The notes under the pieces were generated by a model. That model ran no database searches. It saw only the letters and a program-made list of their open reading frames with translations, and was not told where the DNA came from. From Flaccisagitta enflata (taxonomy: Eukaryota): a DNA stretch of 64,000 nucleotides. The position numbers and the translations under genes are program-made. The stretch is from positions 8,060,001 to 8,124,000 of the forward strand of contig OZ231126.1 in assembly GCA_965153355.1 (NCBI GenBank), read 5' to 3'. Of the stretch, positions 1 through 39,500 are shown piece after piece (the stretch's first letter is position 1; each line of letters begins with the position of its first letter).

Positions 1-462
1 ACGACGTTGTCCTGATTGAGAATCACGACGTTGTCCTCATTAAGAATCACGACGTTGTCCTCATTAAGAATCACGATGTTGTCCTCATTAAGAATCACGA
101 CGTTGTCCTCATTAAGAATCACGACGTTGTCCTCATTAAGAATCACGACGTTGTCCTCATTAAGAATCACGACGTTGTCCTCATTAAGAATCACGACGTT
201 GTCCTCATTAAGAATCACGACGTTGTCCTCATTAAGAATCACGACGTTGTCCTCATTAAGAATCACGACGTTGTCCTCATTAAGAATCACGACGTTGTCC
301 TCATTAAGATTCACGACGTTGTCCTCATTAAGATTCACGACGTTGTCCTCATTAAGAATCATGAAGTTGTCCTCATTAAGAATCATGAAGTTGTCCTCAT
401 TAAGAATCATGAATTTGTCCTCATTAAGAATCACGACGTTGTCCTCATTAAGAATCACGACG
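1..462. repeat. 24-bp minisatellite (GTTGTCCTCATTAAGAATCACGAC)n, ~19 copies, runs off the window edge
   Basis: Direct reading; near-perfect units. Confidence 0.97.
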
Positions 463-994
463 TGACTTGAGACTCACGTCATTGTAGGACGATTACACAT
501 TCGATGTGTAGGATGAGGGATGTTTAAGATGATTGTCATTTTAGTTTTAAACTAAATTCGAGCTCGAAATCGCGATCTTGATTCCAGGATTGTGACAATG
601 AGATTTGTCTCATGTGGAGAGAAGAACAAAGAAGCTTGAAGGCAATCAAGGACAAGGAGATTTGTTTTAGATTTCGATGTCAGACTCTTTGGAATTCGAG
701 TGGGAGATGATAAGAAACAGGTTGAACACGATTGAATTATGTGCAAACGATCACAGGCACTTATGTATGTAATAATCATACAGCATAGTTGAGCTACATG
801 AGCACATGAGCGAGATCGTTGAGAATTGAGTACATTGACCATTTATTTGAGGTTGTAGAGGTCGAGTTGAGTCGTCATGCATAATTTTTCTCTTGGCTCC
901 TTTATATGTTCTTTTAATTCGTCAGCATAAAGAGCGACAGATACATACAAAATTCAATCATCATTCAAAAGAAATATAACACAATGGAAAAGAA

Positions 995-1026
<32 letters not shown>

Positions 1027-1973
1027 AATCATCAGTTATTCGGGATATCTTTCAATGTGACGAGCAAGATGAGTTATCACAGGGTTACGATGAGATAGAA
1101 GAGAGGCATCAAATTTTCTTTTTGACGTATCAAAGATTTCAACCAGGGACTTGAAACCAAAAGACTCGACAGTTGCTGAGATATGAGCGGCTGCATTGTG
1201 AAGTTTCTGCAACTGCCCGTCAAGTTTGAAGGCGTCTACAGCACTCGACAATGATGTCGGAGGGTGGGAGATGACAAAAACTCGAAGTAAGAATGAAGTT
1301 GTAAGTCAATCTTGGGCTTGCTGACTCGAGCCGTTTGGATTTTAACAGCTTTCAAAGATGGGTAACACAGCTGGCGCGGTACCTTCGAGTTTGGTTGCAT
1401 TGACAAGGGTGTTGGCAGCCAAGTTGGATGATGCTGGTTGAGATGCAGTTACTCTCTCTATAGGCAAGTGCACCCTCTCCTTTAATTTCACGATCATAAC
1501 TCACAAACTCCGCCGTCAGGAGACATTTAAAGTGGCGTCTTCGGCGGCGGTTGCGGCGGTCGTGATGCCATCACGTTTGGTCGCAGGGTGGGCAGGGGCA
1601 ATATTTGAGGTCACCAGATCATTTGGGCAGGAGCAGTGAGGTCAAAGAAATAGTCATAAAAAAAAGTAAAGTGTGACCGACGGACGGACCGACCAACCAA
1701 CGGACAAAGCGGGTTGTTGAGTCGCGTGCACGCGACTAAAAATTCGTTCTTGGCGCCATTTTGAGGAAAATTTGAAGCTCTTTAATTTGCTCATGGTTAT
1801 CAAGTAGCTGTGACAATTCTGAATTGCATTACTAAGAAAAACATCAAGACAAAAATTACTTATAGAAAAATGACTCAAACGAAAGATCTTTCGTAGGGCT
1901 TTACAGGCATCACCAATTTTAATCCATTTTTCTTACGTTATGGTTCAAAAGAAAGGTTTTAAAGTTTGTCCTA

Positions 1974-2224
1974 CAATGACGTGAGTCTCAAGTCTGGATA
2001 ATGATGTGAGTCTAAAGTGTGGATAATGATGTGAGTCTCAAGTGTGGATAATGATGTGAGTCTCAAGTGTGGACAATGACATGAGTCTCAAGTGTGGACA
2101 ATGACGTGAGTCTCTAGTGTGGACAATGACGTGAGTCTCTAGTGTGGACGATGTGAGTCTCAAGTGTGGACAATGACGTGAGTCTCAAGTGTGGACAATG
2201 ACGTGAGTCTCAAGTGTGGACAAT
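1974..2224. repeat. ~25-bp minisatellite (CAATGACGTGAGTCTCAAGTGTGGA)n, ~10 copies
   Basis: Direct reading; the unit resembles the reverse complement of the 1-462 unit. Confidence 0.93.
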
Positions 2225-2559
2225 ACTAAAAGACAGATAGATGATCAAACAGAAACACAAAAAACATGTTGCAGAGATTGAGGAAAAAGGCCTGTTGGAG
2301 AGCGGCCAACACGAGACTTTTTGGCATACGGCGATAGCCGCCATTACGGGTAAATACATTGTAAATTGGTCGCAAAATTGTCGCAAAATGCGTCGCAAAA
2401 TTGCGTCGCAAATGCGTCGCAAATGCGTCGCAAAATGCGTTGCAAAATGCGTTGCAAAAAGCGTCGCAAAATGCATTACCAATGCAAATTCATCTCTGCC
2501 GCCAAAACGCCTAAGTCCCGGGAAGAGAGTCGCGAACCTTTTAAGTTGTTCCCCCTGAT

Positions 2560-3530
2560 CAGTATCTGGGTCCGCGACGGAAGGGGGTTATAGATCACCA
2601 ATTCCATAAGATCGCTATGACAAAAAGATCGCTAACCCCATAAGTTCGCTAAAATTATAATTAAGAGCCTCCATACAAAGTTTCATGCAAATCCGTTGAA
2701 AAATGGCAAAGTTATGCACATTTTCCACTTTAAGGCTAGTAGGGTGGTTGGGTAGTAAACTGGTTTAGATAAATAGTGTGCATATGTTGAGGTCTTTCAT
2801 TTAGAGACTCCATACCAAGTTTCAACCAAATCAGTTGAAAAATGACAAAGTTACGCAAGTTTTTCACTTTAAGGCCGGTTGGCTGGTTGGGTGGTAGGTC
2901 GGTTTGGCCGGTTAGCATGCTCAAATGCATATAAATCATATACATATGTTGAGGCCTTCCATTTAGAGACTCCATACCAAATTTCAGCCAAATCGGTTGA
3001 AAAATGCCAAAGTTATGCACGTTTTTCACTTTTAGGCCAGTAGGCTGGTTGGGTGGTAGGCTGGTTTAACAGGATAAATCGTTTGCATATGCTGAGTCCT
3101 TCCATTTAGAGACTCATACCAAGTTTCAACCAAATCAGTTGAAAAATGACAAAGTTACGCAAGTTTTTCACTTTTAGGCCGGTTGGCTGGTTGGGTGGTA
3201 GGTCGGTTTGGCCGGTTAGCATGCTCAAATGCATATAAATCATATACATATGTTGAGGCCTTCCATTTAGAGACTCCATACCAAATTTCAGCCAAATCGG
3301 TTGAAAAATGCCAAAGTTATGCACGTTTTTCACTTTTAGGCCGGTAGGCTGGTTGGGCCGGTTGGGTTGGTCGGATCACAAAAATCGGATAGGATGTAAA
3401 GCGCCTTACCCTAGCACAACTTCCCACCAAATATGAACCAAATCGGTCAAAGCATAAAAAAGTTATCCATTTTTTAAAATCCGGGACGACAACGACGACG
3501 ACGACAACGACGACGACGACGACGACACCA
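2560..3530 (-). mobile_element. HINE-like element with internal ~305-bp dimeric tandem repeat, copy 1 (one end missing)
   Basis: Same terminus CAGTATCTGGGTCCGCGACGGAA and same internal repeats as 12897-14197. Confidence 0.75.
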
Positions 3531-4337
3531 ATCCAAGCAATGTACATCAACAATTTATGTTCGTTTCATCAACATAATGCGAATAATGCCCTAAAAAAGT
3601 AAACGGCTATCTCTAAAGAATGTAATGATGCAAATTAGTGAAATGTGACCAAATTTAAAATTGCCACCTACTGATTGTTGACTTTCAACATCACCTTTGT
3701 TTCTTCAACTGTTGTCAACTAATGCAGCGTTTTTCCTAAGTGACTGACTCTCTTGCATCAACCAACCACATCAAATGATAAATGGCGTTTTTTTGCATCC
3801 CGTCTCCTTAAAATGACAAAAAGTATACGTCCTCCTCTTTGAAACATGTTTTCCGTAGAAATCAGCAATAATCTGACGCCTCACTCTCTGTAAAACACCC
3901 TCCATCTCGCCCTTCATGCAAGAAAGTCGCCAACATCGCTTTAAGATGTCTAAATACTAGCTCTTAGCTATCTCCATGTCAAATTCCATCAAGCTGAGGG
4001 CATTTTTACTATCAATATTGATCATTTTACTTTTCCGCCTAATTATGTGAGACCTGTTAGCTGGAAAGGGGATGGGCAACGAGACAGACGGACTGGCCGA
4101 TTGACAGACAAAGCGTGTTGGGAGAAGCGAGAGTGATTGAGGGTTCCACAGAATCGGCGACCTGTTTTACAGTTGTGCGCCGTTATAACGGATGTCAAAG
4201 AAAACTTTCATTTACTGTAATTGTCAATACTAACAGTAAAATCTCATCAAGGTATTACAATATTAATTCCGGTTTAGGCGCCTTTCCGTTACTCATGGGT
4301 TCATTATATAGCGGTGTGTAACTTCACCGACAACTTA

Positions 4338-6171
<1,834 letters not shown>

Positions 6172-7081
6172 TTTAACCCTTTGTTGTGGATCCATCGTAT
6201 CACAGGCGCAACCAAAAAGAGCGAAGAGCGATAAAAAGGAAACTGACTCAAGTCTCAGAAATTCTCAAGAATTTCCCACTTTTTTGTGTCGAACATTTAT
6301 TAAATCCATGATCTGCTTCCAATCACGGACATTCTCATTCATTTTTCCTTCTTTTTTTCTTAAATTTCCTCGAAATCCAGTCTCGTCTACATCCTAGTCA
6401 GACCTAATCGTAAAAAAATCAGCTGCGAGGTGAAAAAAGCCAGGAGTATAACGAGTATCGAGCAAAATAAAAACAAGACCATTAAATAAATTAAAATAAC
6501 TTTTTTTTTTATGAAAAGGGACAAAAAAAAATTGTGTGTGTTTGATTTTCTTGTCAATTTTTTTCCTAGAAGACTATGAAGATTCCTAAACGATGTTACT
6601 AAGGCCAGATCACATGGCATGATGAATAACCGCGCGGGAGAATTTCTGACGAATGATTGTTGCTGGCAGTGATAGACCGTTCGTATTTCTTGCATTTATC
6701 GCCCCCCCCCCTTTTTTGATAAAAAAGTGAGCATATGACAAAATATTCTGTTTAGATTCTTTAAAATTTGTTTTTGAATAAGATTTTATTGGCCAAAATA
6801 CATACAAATAGCTTGCGATTCTAAACAAATTCTAATTTTATGTTTTAGTGCAGTGAATCACAAAAGATTTGTCAAAAAAAGTATTTTTCATGTAAAATTA
6901 TCTGCGTATGAGTTATGTAGGGGGCGCTACATATAAGGTAAAAATGGCAATTTCAAATAGGAAAGAGCCCTGGGCGTTTTATACAGGAAATACAGTATAT
7001 ATATCACTTTATGCTATATACTAATTATCACGCGTCACACACACACACAAGCGATCGTGCATGATCACATATCGAGCGAGA

Positions 7082-11234
<4,153 letters not shown>

Positions 11235-11882
11235 GATGACGGCGAATTTGATGATGACTGCGACCAAATCGAACTATGAAAAATTGATGACGGTGGAAGA
11301 GTTGATGAGCGTTCGGTCATCATGTCTGAAGCGGTGTACAGTTTAACGATTGACATGTGATGCTTAAAATCATTATGTTGCACCGGGGATGAGAACGACG
11401 AGGGTGGAAGAATAGAACGTGACATGAGATGACGAGAGAGATCTACTTCAATTCATATCAAGGAAAACGTTTTGTGACTACTTTTTACTCAAACTACGAT
11501 GAAGATTTAGCCATGAACTACTCAAATTCGGCGAAAGAAATACCTCGTTAAAACTAGTTTCATTTTGATCTGAAAAAAGAAAACAAGCGAAAAATGGCAT
11601 TCGATGCTCGATGATATGAAGGCAGAAGGTGAACACTCAATTGAACTCAGTCGAATGCAATAAACAGGGCAATTAAAGTCGAGTTTATCAGTTACGTGGT
11701 AGAAAACAAGGCCGGGTACACGGCAATCCAGTCGCGGATGGTTTGGCAGGGGCGGTGCGAAAACCGCTTGGAATTCAAAATTGTGACGGACGGACGGACG
11801 GACCTAGCGACCTACCGACCGACACGGCAAGGTGTAGAGTCGCGTGTCAGCGACTAAAAAATGCGGCCCAATTTTTTGTCTC

Positions 11883-32616
<20,734 letters not shown>

Positions 32617-32843
32617 TTAATGTTAATAACTTAATTAGCATTTCGGGTTACAAGTCTGCTCTCTCAGATGCGATGATCTCTTGAATTAGTGGTCAATAAT
32701 GCACTGCATTCAGGAATTCACTACATAATCAGTGCGATGAGCAAAAAAGTCTCCATCATGCGCGGGATCTACATGTTAAAAAAATTCTAAAAAATCACGA
32801 AAGAAGAAAATATAAGTCGAGTTGGCGAACAAGCCGCTTCGCT

Positions 32844-32856
32844 GTTGCTAAGCGAC
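32844..32856. promoter_or_regulatory. RFX X-box-like motif upstream of the CLHC1-like gene
   Basis: GTTGCTAAGCGAC is a near-palindromic match to the RFX site type GTTGC..RGCAAC, ~230 bp upstream of ATG 32616. Confidence 0.5.
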
Positions 32857-33242
32857 AAGACGTTTTTATGACAAAAACTCGATCAAATTTAAAGTAACTC
32901 GTCTCATTGAAGTAAAATTTGATAAAACACGACTCTGACGCCGAAAAGATAACCTAAAAGGTCATGATGACACAAACAGTTGAGAGTGAGGACATAACAT
33001 GTAATAATATTAGTTTTGATCAAAAATTCATCATCCTTGACAGAAATAAAGTAAAGTAAAATTTATTTCAGCAATGACAGTACAAGCGCACTACATTTCT
33101 TCCATAGTTTCATCACACTACCACTGTGAAAGTTTTAATCAGAAATTTTGAAAGAATTGCTTGAGGCCCTCTTAATGATGCTCGGGGCTCCTTATTTATG
33201 TCATGAACACTCAACCCGTCGCACCTCCCCTTCCCTCGCAGT

Positions 33243-33341
<99 letters not shown>

Positions 33342-33468
33342 GAGAGAGAGAGAGAATATGGGAGAGAGAGCAAACGAAAGAAACATTTTAGATAGATCAG
33401 GTGACGTGAAAAAAATTGGGATGTTATGTGACACAAAGTGATCCGTCATATCATGATATGATTTTTAT

Positions 33469-33791
33469 CAGGCCTGTATATTCTTGAGTTTTCCCCCCCC
33501 CGGTGGGGGGGGGAAAAAAATCAAAGGGTCTGGAGATGGGGAAGGAAATTAAAGGGGGAAAAAGAGAAAAAAAGGAAATTTGGGGAAAATATAACTTTTT
33601 ACAGTACCAAATCATAAAACTCAATTAGTAAAACACAATTTAACACTATTTAAACCTTAACTACATAGTTTTATTGCTATATGGGGAAGAAAAACATGGA
33701 TATAAAAACGCGACGCGACGCGTCGCGGGGAAGAAAATCAAAGGCAGGGGGGGGAAAAAAATCAAAAGCGACTCAAGAATATACACCCCTG
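33469..33791. mobile_element. hAT-like MITE, near-identical to 17274-17593
   Basis: Same TIRs; TSD ATTTTTAT on both sides. A third, truncated copy lies at ~52523-52790. Confidence 0.88.
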
Positions 33792-33965
33792 ATTTTTATC
33801 ATTGGACAATAGTATTCATTATGGCAGGTGTAATTCCATTTTAATCCTCAGTCAATCAGCGGCGTTGATTTATGCTGTCCGACTTTCGACTCTTAACTAA
33901 TGATGTTGCTGCTGCCGTTACTCTGCCGTCTTTTCCGCTTTCGCTTCCATCATAAGTTACTGCCG

Positions 33966-35111
33966 TTACTCCGCCGCCGTTTCCGCTTCCGCCGCAGCTT
34001 TTTCCGCTTCCAACTGTTTCGCTTCCGCTTCCAGTTGTTGATGATGTTTGAGGTTTTCCGCGTGTTTGTAGAGCCAATTGGCCAAATATTCGATCGGATC
34101 CCAAGGTCGACGATCAGCCACCTACAGCAAAGCAAAAGAATGAAAAACAAGCCCGACCGGGCAACGATGCGTCCGGGCTGTGTCTCAGCGTGTATTGATC
34201 ATGTGACATATATGTATGGACAGACAGATGGACGAACAGACGGGTGGATAGACTCTCAAAACATGTTGGTTGATCATTTGTTTCAGTGTAGGATATCACC
34301 GTGGCTAAAGACAGCCGAGAAACGCGGTTTTCGCACAGGCGTGACGGACGGACGTACCGACGGACGGACGGACGGACGGACGGACTGACGGACGGACGGA
34401 CAGACCCTCTTATAGAGATGCGTTCCTGACGGACGCATCTAAAAACAAGGTCAACACCCATAAGTCGCGTGCGATACTTACAGAATGACTTAGCCAGGCG
34501 TGCATTTTTTTCTTTCCTTCCGAGTAGCTTATAGTTTCCCCTGGGATTTTCCGACTTGCCAATCCCGTCTAACTTCAAGTTTACCAACCCTGAGTTTTAT
34601 GGAGATGAATTCGGTTCATCATCAATTGTCTAATTTGCATAATGCATTTTTAAGACTTCTGGTTTTTGAAATGACAATCATTCAAACTTTACTCAATTGG
34701 AATAAAAGCCAAATACGAACACCCTGCTTTAAATAAACAGATATAATTTACACTTTCCATGTGCAAAAAGCTCATACTGGTTTTATTTGTTGTGAAGTTT
34801 TGTAAAAAAGGATGCATGCATAGCAATTAAATCTTTTTTGAAATCAGCCAGATCGGAATCTTGCTGTCTCCTTCTCTGAACGCTTGCAGGGACGAGCTTG
34901 TTCGTTTTGAACTGGCAACTTGGCAAACGAGACTTGACCACCGATGGTCCAGTCATCTGAATGACGATTGAGGAATTTCTTATTGTCAAAAGTGTCTGGT
35001 ACTGCTTTCAGAAAATTTGTGCCCCTTGGATGATTAGAATGATTAGTAAGTCTGGATAAGAGAAACTTATTTGAGTCGCTAACAAATGTGGTTCTCTTTC
35101 TCTAACTCTCT

Positions 35112-35165
<54 letters not shown>

Positions 35166-36469
35166 GTCTTTCAGTTTCTCTCTCTGTCTCTCACATTTTT
35201 TTTTACTCTCTGCTATTTTCTTTTTTTTTTTCAGTTGCACGCATGCAACTCCTTAGACCGCTATGTCGGTTGGTTTGTCCGTTGGTCTGTCATTGTTAGT
35301 TTTTTTTTGCGTATATGAGCAGTTTTAGCATGACTGCTCCTGCCCAAATGTATGATTAGCCCTTTTTATGACTATCCCTGCCCACCCATATGCGACTTTG
35401 GTAGCCATGTATCCGGCCTTGTTCTTTTTTGTTCTTCTTGCTCTTCTCCTTCTTTTTCTTTTTCTTTTTCTTTTTCTTTTTCTTATTTGATGCGTCCTCG
35501 CATCTCTATAAGAGGGTTTGTCGGTCCGTCTGTCAGTACGTCTGTCGGTCCTTAACGCCTGTGCAAAAACCGCGTTTCTCGGCTGTTTTTGGCCTCAGTG
35601 AGATCCTATACTGAATCAAATGATCGGCAAAGATGTTTTGGGAGTCTCCTTTACTACTCAGTCGTTTCATTTATCAGTTCATCCATCTGTCTCTCCATTC
35701 ATGTCACATGTACAAATTACAATACACCCAGAGACACAGTCCGGACGCATCGTTGCCCGGTCGGGCTTCTTCTTTTTCTTCTTCTTTTTCTTCTTCCTCT
35801 TCTCCCTATTCCGTGTCCTTCCGAGAGGCCCCCCGCGTCCTTCCGAGTAACGGCGTTACTGATTACTCCAAAAAATGCACGCCTGGACTTAGCATGACTT
35901 AGAATGATTTAGAATGACTTAGTATACTCTAAAATGACTTAAAATGACTTAAGGAAACCAAATTGGTCTCGTAGCAGGAGAGTTATCGTCCTTTTGTCTT
36001 TTGTTTTTAGCGGTCAATCACTCGAAAGCGGGTAACGAGTTAGGGTTAGGGGTAGGGTTAGTGTTAAGGTTAGGGATAAGGTCAGGGATAGTCTTAGGGA
36101 TCAGGTTAGGGTTAGGGTTAGGGTTAGTGTTAGGGTTAGGGGTGTTTTAGAGCTTAATATCTACTCGCCGATTGAAAGTTTGCTCTGGCGGAATTTTCGG
36201 GAAACTCAAGTGCGATACTTCATCTACAAAATGACCATAAAATTGATAAAAAAAAGTAAAAGTGTGACTGACCAACAGACAGTCAGACCAACCAACCGAC
36301 CAACGGACGGAAAGACAAAGCAGGGTTTAGACTGTAGAGTCGCGCGTACACGACTAAAAATAGATAAAAAAGGCTTGATTTGTGCTGTGTACACGCACGC
36401 ACGCACGCAGACACAGACACACACACACACAGACACAGACACACACAGACACAGACACACACAGACACA

Positions 36470-36509
<40 letters not shown>

Positions 36510-39500
36510 TCAACCCTTGATAGGCAGACAGACAGACAGACAGACAGACAGACACACAGACAGACAGACAGACAACGTACCTCAGAGAGTGCATTTGCCA
36601 AGGCTTCTCCAAGTTGTTGCGCCAAGTATTGACCCTCTACTGTTGTCGGTGGAGGAACATTTTTCTTCGCATATCTGAGTGCAAAAGCAATGTCAACGCT
36701 AATACAGTGGAGCACCGCTAGAGCGCACCCGCTATTAAGGCATGCCCGCCTATGAAGTTTGCAACTTGCAGTCTGTATAAAGATTTTGCAGCATTTCTAT
36801 GTTGGCAATAAAGCAGCTTCACTGTAAAGCATGATTTAGCTCAGTCCCTTGACAAGCTCTAAAGTGAAGCTCAACTGACTGCCTATTGACTGTTTTAAAG
36901 TGAAGTGAAGATTTTGCAGCATTTTTGTTATAAAGTGAAGTGAAGATTTTGCAGCATTTCTATGTTGGCAATAAAGCAGCTTCACTGTAAGGCATGATTT
37001 AGCTCAGTCCCTTGACATGCTCTAAAGTGAAGCTCAACTGACTGCCTATTGACTGTTTTATATACATAAGCCAGCAACTCACTTGTCTTGTGGAATGAAT
37101 TAAGATGCTCTGAATCCTGATATTTTGCCTGCTACTCTTTTTACTCCCATTGGCTGACTGACTGCCTATTGACTGTTTTATGTACATAAGCCAGCAACTC
37201 ACTTGTCTTGTGGAATGAATTAAGATGCTCTGGATCCTGATATTTTGCCTGCTACTCTTTTTACTCTCATTGGCTGACTGACTGCCTATTGACTGTTTTA
37301 TGTACATAAGCCAGCAACTCACTTGTCTTGTGGAATGAATTAAGATGCTCTGAATCCTGATATTTTGCCTGCTACTCTTTTTACTCTCATTGGCTGACTG
37401 ACTATTGATTGTTGTATGTACAAAATCCAGCAACTCACGTGTCTTGTGGAATGAATTTAGATGCTCTGAATCCTGATATTTTGGCTGCTCCTCCTTTGAC
37501 TCTCATTGGCCTTCGGACTGAAGGAAGTCGTTGAATTTCCGAGACTCGACGAGTAATTTCGTCCATTCGAGTTCGAATATCCTAAAATAGGCAAAAAATG
37601 CTGAATTAGTTTGATGAACAGGGGCAGTGATCTCGTCCATTCGAGTTCGAATATCCTAAAATAGGCAAAAAATGCTGAATTAGTTTGATGAACAGGGGCA
37701 GTGATCTCGTCCATTCGAGTTCGAATATCCTAAAATAGGCAAAAAATGCTGGATTAGTTTGATGTACAGGGGCAGTGAGCTCGTCCATTCAAGTGTGGAT
37801 ATCCCTGAGGAAAGAAGGGCTGGATAGGTTTGATGCCATCGGGCAGGGGCAATGGTTTCGTCCATTCAAGTCGGAATATCCTAGATGAGGAAAGGGCTGG
37901 ATTAGTTCCCTGTCATGGGGCAGTTGCAGTAATTTTGTCCATTCATGTTCGGATGCCCTAGAATAGGCAAGAATCAATTGAGTACATCTGGGTAGGGGCG
38001 GTGATTTCCTTAATTTGATACTTACAGCCGCGGACAGCGACTCTACACCTTGCCGTGTCGGTCCGTCCGTCCGTCGGTCGGTCACATTTCTGAATTGCGA
38101 GCGGTTTTTGCATGACTGCCCCTGCCCAACCGTCCGCGATTGTCCTGCCGTGTATCCGGCCTTGTTTTAGTTTGGCGTTGAAACATTGGATGAAATCGCC
38201 CCAAAAGTACCTCAACAATTAATACCTTCAAATCGAGTTGTCCACTGGCTTTGTTTTCCAAGTAAAACTGCGGCGTTTGACCGAGTGCATCTGCCAGGTC
38301 CTCCTTAGCACCCGCACCTTTCAAAATCTGGAAGAAAAAAAAAAGAATAGGATTGGATACAAATCCTGACGAGCCTGTTTTACTTTTAACAAGTGATGCG
38401 GGATCACAATATCGTTTCGGAAGGATGGGCAGGGGCATACAACCTCAATCCACACCCTCCCTGACCCCATACTCACTGTTGACGGTATGTTTTCCCCCTC
38501 ATGTGCTCAAAACCCATGTACCCGATCGTTTCACTCTGTAATGCATCTGAAGGAAACAGCAGTCAATACTTCCGAACCGAGAAACCTGGGTTTATCGTAG
38601 ACGATTCTGTTATCAAGGAGAAATTTCTTCTTCCGAAGTTTCGTTTAAGAGACTTAATGGTCAAAAAATATTTTAGGAAGATTTGCGCAAATTTCCACAC
38701 AAATCTCCAGACAATGCATACATAATGACGGCCAACAAATGAATTTGACGGCTCAGAGCACTTGCTGGATGAAACCTCTTCCTCGGGACACATATTTCGA
38801 GCGTCAACTCAACAGAAATTGGTCCCTTCTTATTAGGCTCACTCGGCACTGGCCTTCAAATGAACGCCTTTCGCTCACTATGATGACGCCATATTGAAAG
38901 GGGCATCGGGAGCGTAAGCTTACATGACCGCAGTTGGACGCTCAGGCTAGAATTAAGTAAATGAAAGAAAAAATTGTGTTTATCTATCAATTATCTAGGT
39001 ATATAAAACAATTGAAGTCTGACACTGGGACCTGATGCCCCGCTTATTTGCGGCATGCGGCTTGTTACAACCTCACTATTAACATTGATTGGGAATTTTT
39101 TGACATGATCATGATAAAGACGACAACGCCGCGCTGTTAAAAAAGAGGATGATGAAAACAAAGACAATGAAAACGATGATTAAAACGACGGTGATGAAGA
39201 CAACGAAGATGAAGACAACTATGAAGACGACGCCGATGAAGACGACGCCGATGAAGACGACGCCGATGAAGACGACGACAATGAAGACGACGACAATGAA
39301 GACAACGACAATGAAGACGACGATGAAGACAACAACGATGAGGACGACGACGATGAAGACGACGACGGTGAAGAAGACAACAGTGACGAAGATTACTGTG
39401 ATGAAGAAGACAATGATAAAGACGACTGTTACGAAACTAATGGTGATAAACACCAATGACGAAGGTGCCATGGACGGACGAAGCCGTCATTGGAAGGTGT

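Noticed and set aside
1-462. CRISPR-like array, or 149-aa ORF 16-465
   Set aside because: Units are contiguous with no unique spacers; the ORF is just the translated 24-bp repeat.
2736-3333. Recurrent MKNVHNFGIFQPIWLKFG ORFs (also 13.3-13.9 and 62.6-63.2 kb) as a peptide gene family
   Set aside because: They arise from the internal tandem repeat of a non-autonomous element; frames break differently in each copy.
3700-3910. Next LRP2BP exon or transposase N-terminus
   Set aside because: No expected AFxWH..ACGNG motif; only a weak, frameshifted resemblance to a Tc1-like HTH.
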